Shown: positions 8,677-16,181 of the stretch, one piece after another
How positions within the stretch are numbered: the stretch's first letter is position 1
Layout: each line of letters opens with the position of its first letter
Assembly (NCBI GenBank): GCA_964646575.1
Contig: CAZYFT010000004.1
Location: 1-59,275, forward strand
DNA length: 59,275 bases
Reading direction: 5' to 3'
From: an uncultured Candidatus Saccharibacteria bacterium
Lineage (GTDB): Bacteria; Patescibacteriota; Saccharimonadia; CAILAD01; GCA-016700035
Made by a program: the position numbers and the translations under genes
The notes under the pieces: generated by a model
The model's database searches: none
What the model saw: the letters and a program-made list of their open reading frames with translations, nothing else
Told to the model about the DNA's origin: nothing

Positions 8677-11600
8677 ATGGGCGATAAATCACATGATGTT
8701 ATGCATGGCTTTGACGAGTTAGATCCAAGCCGGTTTGGTGGCTCTGAATTTCGAGGGGTTGAATTGGCCAGCGAGTTATCGCAGGCGCACACCGATGACG
8801 TCGAAGTAGAACCAACTCCTAAAGATTCGCGTAGAGCGCCCACCTTTGGAGATGTGGCAGCTCAATTACCAGTAGTAGAGCGAGAAATTGCTCAAGCCGA
8901 GAGTAGATTAGCCGCGTTAGGCGAATCTGGTGATGCTGAGGAGTTGGGAAGAGTCTCGAGCTATCTTGCATCCTTGCAGGGTGAGCGCACCGAAATTCAG
9001 CAAGCTATGGAGAAACTCACGATTAAGCTTGATAATCCTGTGCTGATTGAAGACGCGCCACAAGCCAATCACACGGAGCTCTCAAAAGCGAATGATCCTT
9101 ACAGATACTTTGACCGACCCTTGGGTGATATTAAGAGAGAGCTACGTAAAATTCGAGGCTGGGATGGAGTACGGGCTCGGATTAATCGTCGACATGGTGA
9201 TTCATTAGGTGGCGATAAGGAGCCGGCTGAGATTTTACTTGATAATCTCGCACATGAAGTGAAAGCTGGTATGCGTCCAGTAACAAAAGCAATTTGGTCA
9301 GAATTTTATGATCGCTACAATCCGGATGGAAGCATGAAGAATACATCGAGCGACAAACCTAAAAAGCCATCTACTGATAAGCAACAGCCCCAGGGGAATG
9401 CACGTCAAAGAAAGCAAGTAAAGCAAGCTGAAGATTCACGGCGCATTCGTGAAGCGCGATATTTTGATAGTAATGATTATGATAAGGACGATGAGCATGA
9501 GCTGCGTCTTCCTCCAGATGAATGGGTACGAAAAAATCGGCAAAATGACTTGCCAGACGAGAACCAAACCGGTTATGATGACGAGGATAAACGAAACAGG
9601 AGTGGTGCAATGCCAGCACAGCCAGAGCGGATAAGTGATGAAGATGTTAACCAAAAGTTTGGTAGCGAACTTGGCGACGATTTAAAGCAAATACTTGCTG
9701 AGAATGATACGGAAGCGTTTTATGGCGCTCCAGCGAGTCCGTTGAGTGCTGAAAGTAGCGGCGGTCAGTCTCAACCCATTCCAACAGAGTCATCACGTCC
9801 TGTTCAAACAAATTTTGACAGGGCCACTCCGTCGAATCCTGCTCAATCTGGAGAAGCCCAGCTTCAACCCATGACGCGCGTTGAGCGACAAGAGTCGATC
9901 GAGAACGATTATCAGTTTGAAATTGGTGGCGTTACCTTCAAAAATGGCGAAATGGTCACTTATACAGAAGCGGATGGCGATAAAGCTCCACACATGATTA
10001 TTCAAAAAGTTGGTGAGAATCCGGCTCGATTGCGTTTATTGAATCTAGAAAGCGGCACTGAGTTTGCAATTGATGAAGATAGTATTTCGCGTATCGAAAA
10101 ACTTCAAGATGGCGAAGGCGGAGGGGGTACTCCAGAGGACGATGATGACCCGATTGATCGAGAAGGGGGCGAGCCGTTTGAAAAGGGCAGCTACCTAGAT
10201 GGAGTGCCAAAAATACCGTCAGCTGAAGAGATCTTGGCATTAGCTGAAGGTGCGCGCTTAAATGTTGATGCTCAAATACAAGCTGTGGCGCAAGCAAAAG
10301 AGCAGCGGGAAAAGTTCTTTGGGCGCACGAAGCGTGATCAGACTGCACTAGAGCAGGCAAATCAGGGTCTTGAGTCGGCATATTCTCAATACATGGATAA
10401 TTGGGCGGCAGTTTTAGCTGACTATCGTGAGGTTGAAACCGATATCAATGAATATAAGGCTGACATGCAAGAGAAGATTACCGTACTTGACGAGTCGATT
10501 GCTCGCCTTGAGGCAGATACGCAATTGCCGCCGGCACTCCGTCAGTCTCGGATTGATCGACGCAAGGAGCGCATTTTAGAGGCTCGCGAGGCTATCCAGA
10601 AATGTGATGAGCAATTAGAGAACTTGCGGCAGGGCGTTGAAGAAGTGACTCGTCGCGTTGAGGTTGAGATGATTATTGAGATGGCTCAGACTCGCTCGAA
10701 AATTGAAGCGGCGCAGTGTGCACTAAAGGTAGGTACAAGATCTGAAAAGTTCCGTACTTTCTGGCGATCTAAAAATGGTCGACGTGCCCGTTTGGCAGTT
10801 GGTGCGGCTCTTGGTATAGCTGGCGCTGCAATTGCTATGACTGGCGTTGGTGCTGGTGTGGGTAGTGCGATGGTGGCGGGTGCTGGTGCGGTCATGCGTG
10901 GCACAGGTGGATTTATGGCCACTGAGGCCGGGTGGAATACGCTACACACTAGACGCGCTAATAAGAATGATTTACAGGGTCGTACTGAAGCGTGGGGAGC
11001 TCAGTCAGCAAGTACACAGATCGAGGCAGGGCGAGATATGGAGTATATCTCTACTAACTCAGAGGGGCTTGGGGCTGAAAACATGACGGAGCAAGAGATC
11101 GCAGCGTTTCTAGAGGCCAATGCTGGTGCCCTGTATAGCGATCGAGTGTTGCGAGGCGCGTTAGCTGGTAACTCGGAGGCTTCTGCAACCGCTGCAAGTT
11201 TACTTTTAAAGGCACAGCTTGACCGAGTTAATAGCGATGCAAGATCTAATCGCCACGCAAAGCGAGCTGGCGCCGTTGTTGGAGTAGCAGCTGCAGCTGC
11301 ACCTTTCGTTCTGAGACACTTCTTGAGCGGGCCACCTGAAAAGCCGCCCGTGGCAGAACCGAGCCCGCCAGTGCCACCAACAGAGGCAGTTAATCTCGAT
11401 GAATATCAGTGGTATGGTTTGGCTAGTCGTGATCCGCAACATGCTGCTGAGAACTTTACTCGTATGATAGCTAATGCTACACAAGAACAGATTGCTCGTG
11501 GCGATGCATTAAATGCCGTAATTCGTGGGGCTCGCGATTCCTTGGCGCACACTATGACCACTTCTCAGCAGCAGGAGTTTGCAAGTATTATTGGTTTGGC

Positions 11601-11724
11601 TGCAACTGAGAAGCCTGGTGAAGAAATTCTGCGCGTGTTGCCTGCTATTGCTCGAAACGTAACGAGCGGTATGTCCCCAGATCAGATCTATAATCTTTAC
11701 GGTATTACGCCACCGGCAGTATAA
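8677..11724 (+). CDS. Large (1015 aa) hypothetical protein: acidic/disordered N-half, long coiled coils, a glycine-zipper membrane segment and a Pro-rich linker
   Basis: Long uninterrupted ORF. It has coiled-coil-like heptad stretches (~10.2-10.7 kb) and a Gly/Ala-rich hydrophobic block (GAALGIAGAAIAMTGVGAGVGSAMVAGAGAVM). No catalytic motif was recognised. Confidence 0.75.
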   Translation: MGDKSHDVMHGFDELDPSRFGGSEFRGVELASELSQAHTDDVEVEPTPKDSRRAPTFGDVAAQLPVVEREIAQAESRLAALGESGDAEELGRVSSYLASLQGERTEIQQAMEKLTIKLDNPVLIEDAPQANHTELSKANDPYRYFDRPLGDIKRELRKIRGWDGVRARINRRHGDSLGGDKEPAEILLDNLAHEVKAGMRPVTKAIWSEFYDRYNPDGSMKNTSSDKPKKPSTDKQQPQGNARQRKQVKQAEDSRRIREARYFDSNDYDKDDEHELRLPPDEWVRKNRQNDLPDENQTGYDDEDKRNRSGAMPAQPERISDEDVNQKFGSELGDDLKQILAENDTEAFYGAPASPLSAESSGGQSQPIPTESSRPVQTNFDRATPSNPAQSGEAQLQPMTRVERQESIENDYQFEIGGVTFKNGEMVTYTEADGDKAPHMIIQKVGENPARLRLLNLESGTEFAIDEDSISRIEKLQDGEGGGGTPEDDDDPIDREGGEPFEKGSYLDGVPKIPSAEEILALAEGARLNVDAQIQAVAQAKEQREKFFGRTKRDQTALEQANQGLESAYSQYMDNWAAVLADYREVETDINEYKADMQEKITVLDESIARLEADTQLPPALRQSRIDRRKERILEAREAIQKCDEQLENLRQGVEEVTRRVEVEMIIEMAQTRSKIEAAQCALKVGTRSEKFRTFWRSKNGRRARLAVGAALGIAGAAIAMTGVGAGVGSAMVAGAGAVMRGTGGFMATEAGWNTLHTRRANKNDLQGRTEAWGAQSASTQIEAGRDMEYISTNSEGLGAENMTEQEIAAFLEANAGALYSDRVLRGALAGNSEASATAASLLLKAQLDRVNSDARSNRHAKRAGAVVGVAAAAAPFVLRHFLSGPPEKPPVAEPSPPVPPTEAVNLDEYQWYGLASRDPQHAAENFTRMIANATQEQIARGDALNAVIRGARDSLAHTMTTSQQQEFASIIGLAATEKPGEEILRVLPAIARNVTSGMSPDQIYNLYGITPPAV

Positions 11725-11741
11725 GTAATAAGGAGTACGAT

Positions 11742-12080
11742 ATGAATCCAAATCAACCCAATCAACCAGATATTTTCACCAGACTCGGTATGGCTTCGGC
11801 TAGTGATGAGCAAAAACAGCAGCTCGCCGAGCAGCTCGCTGACCTCACGATGACTCGCGTGCTCAGCAAAGTTTCAGATCAGATTACTGAAGAACAGATG
11901 AATGAACTTGAACGGCTGATCGATACTGGTGGAGATCAGGTTGATGATCGACTGCGGCAGCTCGTACCGAACTATGATGAGTTGATTGCGTCTACCGCTC
12001 AGGAAGTTGGGGATCAGCTTGTTGCTGATCAACAGGCTGTACTTGCTAAAATGCGCGAAAAAGCCGCTCAGCAACACTAA
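11742..12080 (+). CDS. Small acidic helical hypothetical protein (112 aa)
   Basis: ORF 17 nt after the previous stop, preceded by AAGGAG. The sequence is rich in E/D/Q with helical repeats. No family was confidently recognised. Confidence 0.7.
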   Translation: MNPNQPNQPDIFTRLGMASASDEQKQQLAEQLADLTMTRVLSKVSDQITEEQMNELERLIDTGGDQVDDRLRQLVPNYDELIASTAQEVGDQLVADQQAVLAKMREKAAQQH

Positions 12081-12101
12081 GAATAATCAATAAAAACATT
12101 G

Positions 12102-12132
12102 ACCATACTATATATTTATGGTATGGTTTTTG
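12102..12132 (+). terminator. AT-rich hairpin plus T-run after the 112-aa gene (overlaps a possible TTGACC-N17-TATGGT promoter)
   Basis: ACCATAC (12102-12108) pairs with GTATGGT (12121-12127) around a 12-nt loop, followed by TTTTT. Confidence 0.5.
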
Positions 12133-12178
12133 TGTTATTCGCACCTGACAATTTGTCCCGAGAAAAATGAGGCACAGC

Positions 12179-13753
12179 ATGCGTGACGACAAGCCCGGAA
12201 TGAGCTTGGACGAATTCGCCGAGCTCGACCCAGAAGAAGTTGCCGCCCAGTGTGGTGGCGCAACCCCGGCCGAAGATGGCCCCAACCCCGGCATTGCCGG
12301 AGAACAGGAGGCCGTCATGGCCGATACCGAAGAGACCACCGATCCCGCTCCGTCCGAGGAGCCTGCCGGGCGCAGAGGTGCACAGCGCGCCTCAGATCTC
12401 CTCCCGATCTTGCGCCAGGCCGATCCGTCACTGGATGACGCATCGGCTCTCGAGCTGCTTCAGGAGATCTTGAACGAAGACCGTGATGCAGGCAAGCTGC
12501 CGCGTGTCATCAAGAGCTCCTCGGAGTACGTTCCGGCCGCGCTCGAGCCGAAGGTTCGAGCGTTCGTTGCCGCGAACGGCACCGACGATTCAGGCGCAGA
12601 CAATCCGGCCCAGCCGGCTGTCGCTGATGGCACTGACTCGCCGCCCTTCGATCAGGACGCTCCTGGTGCTTCGGCGCCCGATGGCGATCCGGTCGACAGC
12701 GGCGAGACGCCTCCAGCTTCGGAGCCCGAAGCCACTTCGGTGGAGTCGGCGGTCGAAGCGAGCGGTGAGAGTCGGCTTGACTCCTACCGCCAGGCTTTGC
12801 GACCGTTGCTCGAAGCATCTGTCGCAGCTCGCGAAAACGGCACGCGCGACGAAGCAGATGCTGCCGTCTGGAGGCTCGCTGAGGCCATCTTCGATCAGGG
12901 GTTCACTCTATATCGAGAGCTGAGGCAGTCGGATGAAGAGGCCGAGAAGCGTCTGTTCCAGCTTCGTATCGAAGAAGGGCAGACCGTACCGCTTTCGGTC
13001 ACCAGGGATGAGATCGCAGCCAATCCCGATTTGCGTGAGCAGGTCTGGTACTACCGGACAGCGGTTCGGTCCACCCTGCGAGTCTTTGAAGGCCACGAGA
13101 CCATCCAGGAGCTTCTGGAGGATTTCACCTGGCCCTCGGAGTCTCACTTCCGACGTCAGCAGAGTGCGCGTTCTCGCAACCACTCACGGAGTGCCACGCG
13201 CACAGCGGTTCCGGGGCTTCCACCTCGACCCGCATCCGAGGAGCCGGCGAGCAGCTCGACGGACGACACACCCCCTTCCGAGCCCGTGACGGGTGTCGCA
13301 AACACCGGTGCCCCGAAGGAGCTCGAGGGCCCTCCCACTCAGGAGGTTCCCGTTGTTCGGACGAGTGAGGGGCGTCGTACGGTCAGCAGCAGTGATGCTC
13401 CCGAGCCGGAGCGCCATGTGGTGCGGGGTGGTGGCCGAGCAGCCATGCGCCCCTCATCGAAGGCACCAGCTGCGGCGCGTCAATCCAGCGATCCGGTCGA
13501 AGAGCCGGACGCTCAGCAGCCTCAGGCCGATGGACCAGCCGACAGTGCAGATCGTGATGCGAGTCGCGGTAAGCGGAAGTCGGACGAGTCCTTCTTGGTC
13601 GAACTGCCGGATGAGGTTTTCGAGGCTGCCGTCAAGGCGGTGATCGAGGATCCTGATCCGGAGCAGTGCTGGGCATTCCGCTCGGCAGACGCAGTTCGTG
13701 CTGAGGCGGAGCGGCGCATCCTTGTGGAGTCGGGTCGGCTGAGCGCCGTCTGA
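12179..13753 (+). CDS. High-G+C island gene 1: acidic, Pro/Ala/Ser-rich, largely disordered hypothetical protein (524 aa from ATG 12179)
   Basis: Strong G/C bias at codon position 3 in this frame. GAGG (12169-12172) sits 6 nt before ATG 12179; the track start at 12167 is also possible. No domain was recognised. Confidence 0.7.
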   Translation: MRDDKPGMSLDEFAELDPEEVAAQCGGATPAEDGPNPGIAGEQEAVMADTEETTDPAPSEEPAGRRGAQRASDLLPILRQADPSLDDASALELLQEILNEDRDAGKLPRVIKSSSEYVPAALEPKVRAFVAANGTDDSGADNPAQPAVADGTDSPPFDQDAPGASAPDGDPVDSGETPPASEPEATSVESAVEASGESRLDSYRQALRPLLEASVAARENGTRDEADAAVWRLAEAIFDQGFTLYRELRQSDEEAEKRLFQLRIEEGQTVPLSVTRDEIAANPDLREQVWYYRTAVRSTLRVFEGHETIQELLEDFTWPSESHFRRQQSARSRNHSRSATRTAVPGLPPRPASEEPASSSTDDTPPSEPVTGVANTGAPKELEGPPTQEVPVVRTSEGRRTVSSSDAPEPERHVVRGGGRAAMRPSSKAPAAARQSSDPVEEPDAQQPQADGPADSADRDASRGKRKSDESFLVELPDEVFEAAVKAVIEDPDPEQCWAFRSADAVRAEAERRILVESGRLSAV

Positions 13754-13762
13754 TTTCACTTC

Positions 13763-13799
13763 GGGCGATCTGGGTAACTCCAGGTCGCCCTATTTTTTT
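13763..13799 (+). terminator. GC-rich intrinsic terminator of island gene 1
   Basis: GGGCGAtCTGG (13763-13773) pairs with CCAGgTCGCCC (13780-13790) with one mismatch, followed by TATTTTTTT. Confidence 0.75.
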
Positions 13800-13843
13800 G
13801 TTAACTTTCTTTGGCATAAGCATATTGACTTTACAAAAAACTA

Positions 13844-13872
13844 TTGCAAAATTATGCATTTTATGCTATTAT
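13844..13872 (+). promoter_or_regulatory. Sigma-70 promoter TTGCAA-N17-TATTAT in a ~25% G+C spacer, driving island gene 2
   Basis: -35 TTGCAA at 13844-13849 and -10 TATTAT at 13867-13872, preceded by an A-rich UP-like stretch. It is followed by a ~60-nt GC-rich leader with a GGGAGGGG SD before ATG 13939. Confidence 0.6.
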
Positions 13873-13938
13873 GCAACGGTATTCGTACCTCAACCCGGGT
13901 GTTGAAAAACCCCGGCACAACACACCCCGGGAGGGGAC

Positions 13939-14676
13939 ATGGCAAACCGAACCCAACGAACCGCACACGCGGAGGTGCTGCTCGCGCAGCGTCACCGTGC
14001 CGAGCACGACGACATCACTCGCCGCCTCGGCGAGGCGGAGGGCAAGCTGCAGCGTCTCGACGCTGCCGTCCAGGACCGTGAGGCCCAGCTCGATGCCGCC
14101 ACCAGCGAGTGGCTCAAGGGCATCGTGCGCGAAGAGCTCGCGGAGCTCAATCGCGAACGTGAAGACGTCAGGGGCCAGGTCTCCGGCTTCCGGCAGGAAC
14201 TCCAGCAGTTCGGCGAGCGGCTCGGAACCGTCGAGAACAACGTTCTTGGCCTCGGCAGTCGCATCGAAGGGCTGCAGGTCCACTCGGAGGCCCACGCCAC
14301 CGCGATCTCGCGGCTGGAGGCGGCCAACGGCTGGATCCCGCTCATCGGTGGGGTCATCACCGCGCTCGTCGTCTACTTCTTCATCGAAGGAGTGGAGTGG
14401 GTGCGAGGTGATCGCTTCACCACACAGAACCAGTGGTTCTGGGCAGTGCTCATCGGTGCCATCGTCGGCATCGTGCTGACCTGTCTGCCCGGTAACGGGC
14501 GCAGCATCATCACGCGTTCCACCGCCTCGGCGGGCGGAAACGTGGTGGTGGCACCGCAGCCTCCGGCAGATCAGCCGGCACCAGCTGCGGGCGTCACGCC
14601 TCCGCCACCCCCTCCTGCCGGGAGCCAGTTCTCGACTGTGCAGGCTGCAGCCGTAGCCAGTGCGTCGACGAACTGA
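13939..14676 (+). CDS. High-G+C island gene 2: coiled-coil protein with two TM helices and a poly-proline tail (245 aa)
   Basis: Almost every codon ends in G/C. It has N-terminal heptad-like repeats, TM segments WIPLIGGVITALVVYFFI and FWAVLIGAIVGIVLTCL, and a C-terminal PPPPPPAG. No domain was recognised. Confidence 0.8.
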   Translation: MANRTQRTAHAEVLLAQRHRAEHDDITRRLGEAEGKLQRLDAAVQDREAQLDAATSEWLKGIVREELAELNREREDVRGQVSGFRQELQQFGERLGTVENNVLGLGSRIEGLQVHSEAHATAISRLEAANGWIPLIGGVITALVVYFFIEGVEWVRGDRFTTQNQWFWAVLIGAIVGIVLTCLPGNGRSIITRSTASAGGNVVVAPQPPADQPAPAAGVTPPPPPPAGSQFSTVQAAAVASASTN

Positions 14677-14683
14677 CCCCGCG

Positions 14684-14728
14684 CTTCCTGGGGTCTTCGG
14701 ACCCCAGGAAGACACACTTTTGGTTTTA
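14684..14728 (+). terminator. Perfect 12-bp GC-rich hairpin terminator of island gene 2
   Basis: CTTCCTGGGGTC (14684-14695), loop TTCG, GACCCCAGGAAG (14700-14711), then ACACACTTTTGGTTTTA. Confidence 0.75.
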
Positions 14729-14844
14729 TTCTGGCCTTGAACGTGAACCTCTTGTAAAACAGAGATGAACGCTTGAAGTCAGAACCAGAACCTGAACATC
14801 CATCAAGAGTCGCATTCGCGACACCGACCACAAGGAGGTGCGCG

Positions 14845-15888
14845 ATGAGCGCTCCCAACTCTGCCCAGCAGAGGTTCTTCTTCAGCATCATCGGCGCTGC
14901 TGCGCTGTTGTTGTTGCTCTTCCCGGTCATCAAGGTGATCGCCGGCCCGCCCGACGCGGGTGCCGACGACGACCCGCCTGCGACCACGGCTCCAGCCGGC
15001 ACGTGCGGCGTGAACCAGGTGTTCTTCGCTCGTGAGACGGAGGGCAACCAGTTCGGCCCGGCCGCTCCGGAGGACCCCGCCAACGTGGCGGCAACGCAGG
15101 CGGACTTCGCCTCGCGGCGCTGCTCTGATGCGGCACTCCTCACAGGCGACTCTGAGTACCTCTTCAACGAGTTCTCGGACCCCGCCACCCGCGTGCAGAA
15201 GACCGTCGACCTCATGTCGAACCCGGACGCCTGGGCCCTCACCGAGATGCGCTTCCAGGCGCGCCTCAACGAGGCTACCAAGGTGGAGATCGTCGAGATG
15301 AGCGGCGCGTACCAGACCATGGACATGGAGGACAAGGGGAGGATCATCCCCGAGGTCTACCAGGTTCCGGTCGAAGCCGCGCCGTTCAAGGTGATCCGCT
15401 TCACGTTCCCGGACGGGACCGTGAAGCAGTTCAAGCTCAATTGCGGGTACCAGCCCGTGGAGCAGAACTTCCCGCCTTCGGTTCCCGGCAAGGGCGCTCC
15501 GCCTGCGCCAAACCAGCCCTCGCGGCCGGTGACGCCAGGCAAGCCCGGACGGCCGACCACGCCCGTGACAACGCCCGAGGCTCCCACTACCACTTGGAAG
15601 TGCCAGCAGGCAGTCGCGAACGGCCAGACGTGCGGTTCGGGTGGCAACAACCATCCTTCCCACGTGGACACCGAGCCGCTTCCGCCCACTCTGGACTACG
15701 TTCCGGGGAACGCTGAGGACTCGGCGGCGGATCCGGCTGACGGGGTGATCATCCCGCCGGGCGGCAACATGAGCCCGGGCGACACCAACGGGACGACCGG
15801 TGGCAACACCGGCTTCGACAACCCGGAACCGACCGAGGCCACGCCTCAGCCGGTCAACGAGCCCGGAGACCCTGGGGCGCCGGCCTAG
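14845..15888 (+). CDS. High-G+C island gene 3: membrane-anchored or secreted protein with a Cys-containing central domain and a Pro/Thr/Gly-rich tail (347 aa)
   Basis: AAGGAGG (14832-14838) lies 6 nt before ATG 14845. The N-terminus is QQRFFFSIIGAAALLLLLFPVIKVIAG (anchor/signal) and the tail is PSRPVTPGKPGRPTTPVTTPEAPTTT. The track ORF start at 14773 (TTG) lacks an SD. Confidence 0.75.
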   Translation: MSAPNSAQQRFFFSIIGAAALLLLLFPVIKVIAGPPDAGADDDPPATTAPAGTCGVNQVFFARETEGNQFGPAAPEDPANVAATQADFASRRCSDAALLTGDSEYLFNEFSDPATRVQKTVDLMSNPDAWALTEMRFQARLNEATKVEIVEMSGAYQTMDMEDKGRIIPEVYQVPVEAAPFKVIRFTFPDGTVKQFKLNCGYQPVEQNFPPSVPGKGAPPAPNQPSRPVTPGKPGRPTTPVTTPEAPTTTWKCQQAVANGQTCGSGGNNHPSHVDTEPLPPTLDYVPGNAEDSAADPADGVIIPPGGNMSPGDTNGTTGGNTGFDNPEPTEATPQPVNEPGDPGAPA

Positions 15889-15921
15889 CCGGTAGTTCCC
15901 AAAGGGTGTTCAGGTTCATCA

Positions 15922-15960
15922 GGGGCGGACGTGCAAGCGTCCGCCCCTTCAACTTTTATT
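15922..15960 (+). terminator. GC-rich intrinsic terminator of island gene 3 (right edge of the island)
   Basis: GGGGCGGACG (15922-15931), loop TGCAAG, CGTCCGCCCC (15938-15947), then TTCAACTTTTATT. Confidence 0.7.
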
Positions 15961-16004
15961 GAGTCAAATCTGTTGAAACCAGCATATTTAGCTGACAAAA
16001 ACTA

Positions 16005-16033
16005 TTGACAAAAAAGCTTAAGTATGATAATAT
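16005..16033 (+). promoter_or_regulatory. Consensus-like sigma-70 promoter TTGACA-N17-TAATAT upstream of the LPXTG gene
   Basis: -35 TTGACA at 16005-16010 and -10 TAATAT at 16028-16033. The upstream A-rich module resembles the one at 13818-13851. Confidence 0.65.
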
Positions 16034-16181
16034 TTACAGGTAATTGTTCACCTTTGCGGACAATAAACCTTTACAACTACAGGAAAAATACTGCAATTAT
16101 TACAGAGATTGACCACACGCATAAATGTTAAATAACCATAAGCGCTTTCCGACATTACGTCGCGAAAGAAAGGAGTCTCAT

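Noticed and set aside
12240-13759. Alternative-frame and antisense ORFs overlapping island gene 1 (for example 12483-12923, 12933-13289, 13293-13643, 12510-12818).
   Set aside because: This is the same high-G+C artefact. The translations are dominated by Arg, Ser and Pro, and the ORFs are nested in the much longer 12179-13753 frame.
14773-14844. The TTG start at 14773 giving an N-terminal MKSEPEPEH extension of island gene 3.
   Set aside because: There is no SD upstream, whereas AAGGAGG sits 6 nt before ATG 14845, which yields a normal basic-then-hydrophobic signal or anchor.
13861-15663. Long minus-strand ORFs inside the GC-rich island (13861-14715, 14571-15347, 14803-15663, 13992-14360, 15357-15689).
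   Set aside because: They are stop-codon-poor artefacts of ~70% G+C. The plus-strand frames show the strong G/C third-position bias, have SD sequences and are followed by plus-strand terminators. The minus-strand products are Arg/Pro/Gly-rich nonsense.
12150-15960. The idea that the GC-rich island is merely a chimeric metagenome assembly joining an actinobacterial fragment.
   Set aside because: It is not fully excluded but disfavoured. The GC-rich segment is interrupted by a 25% G+C spacer whose promoter module is duplicated in front of the native LPXTG gene. Both outer junctions also coincide with gene boundaries. Read mapping is still required.
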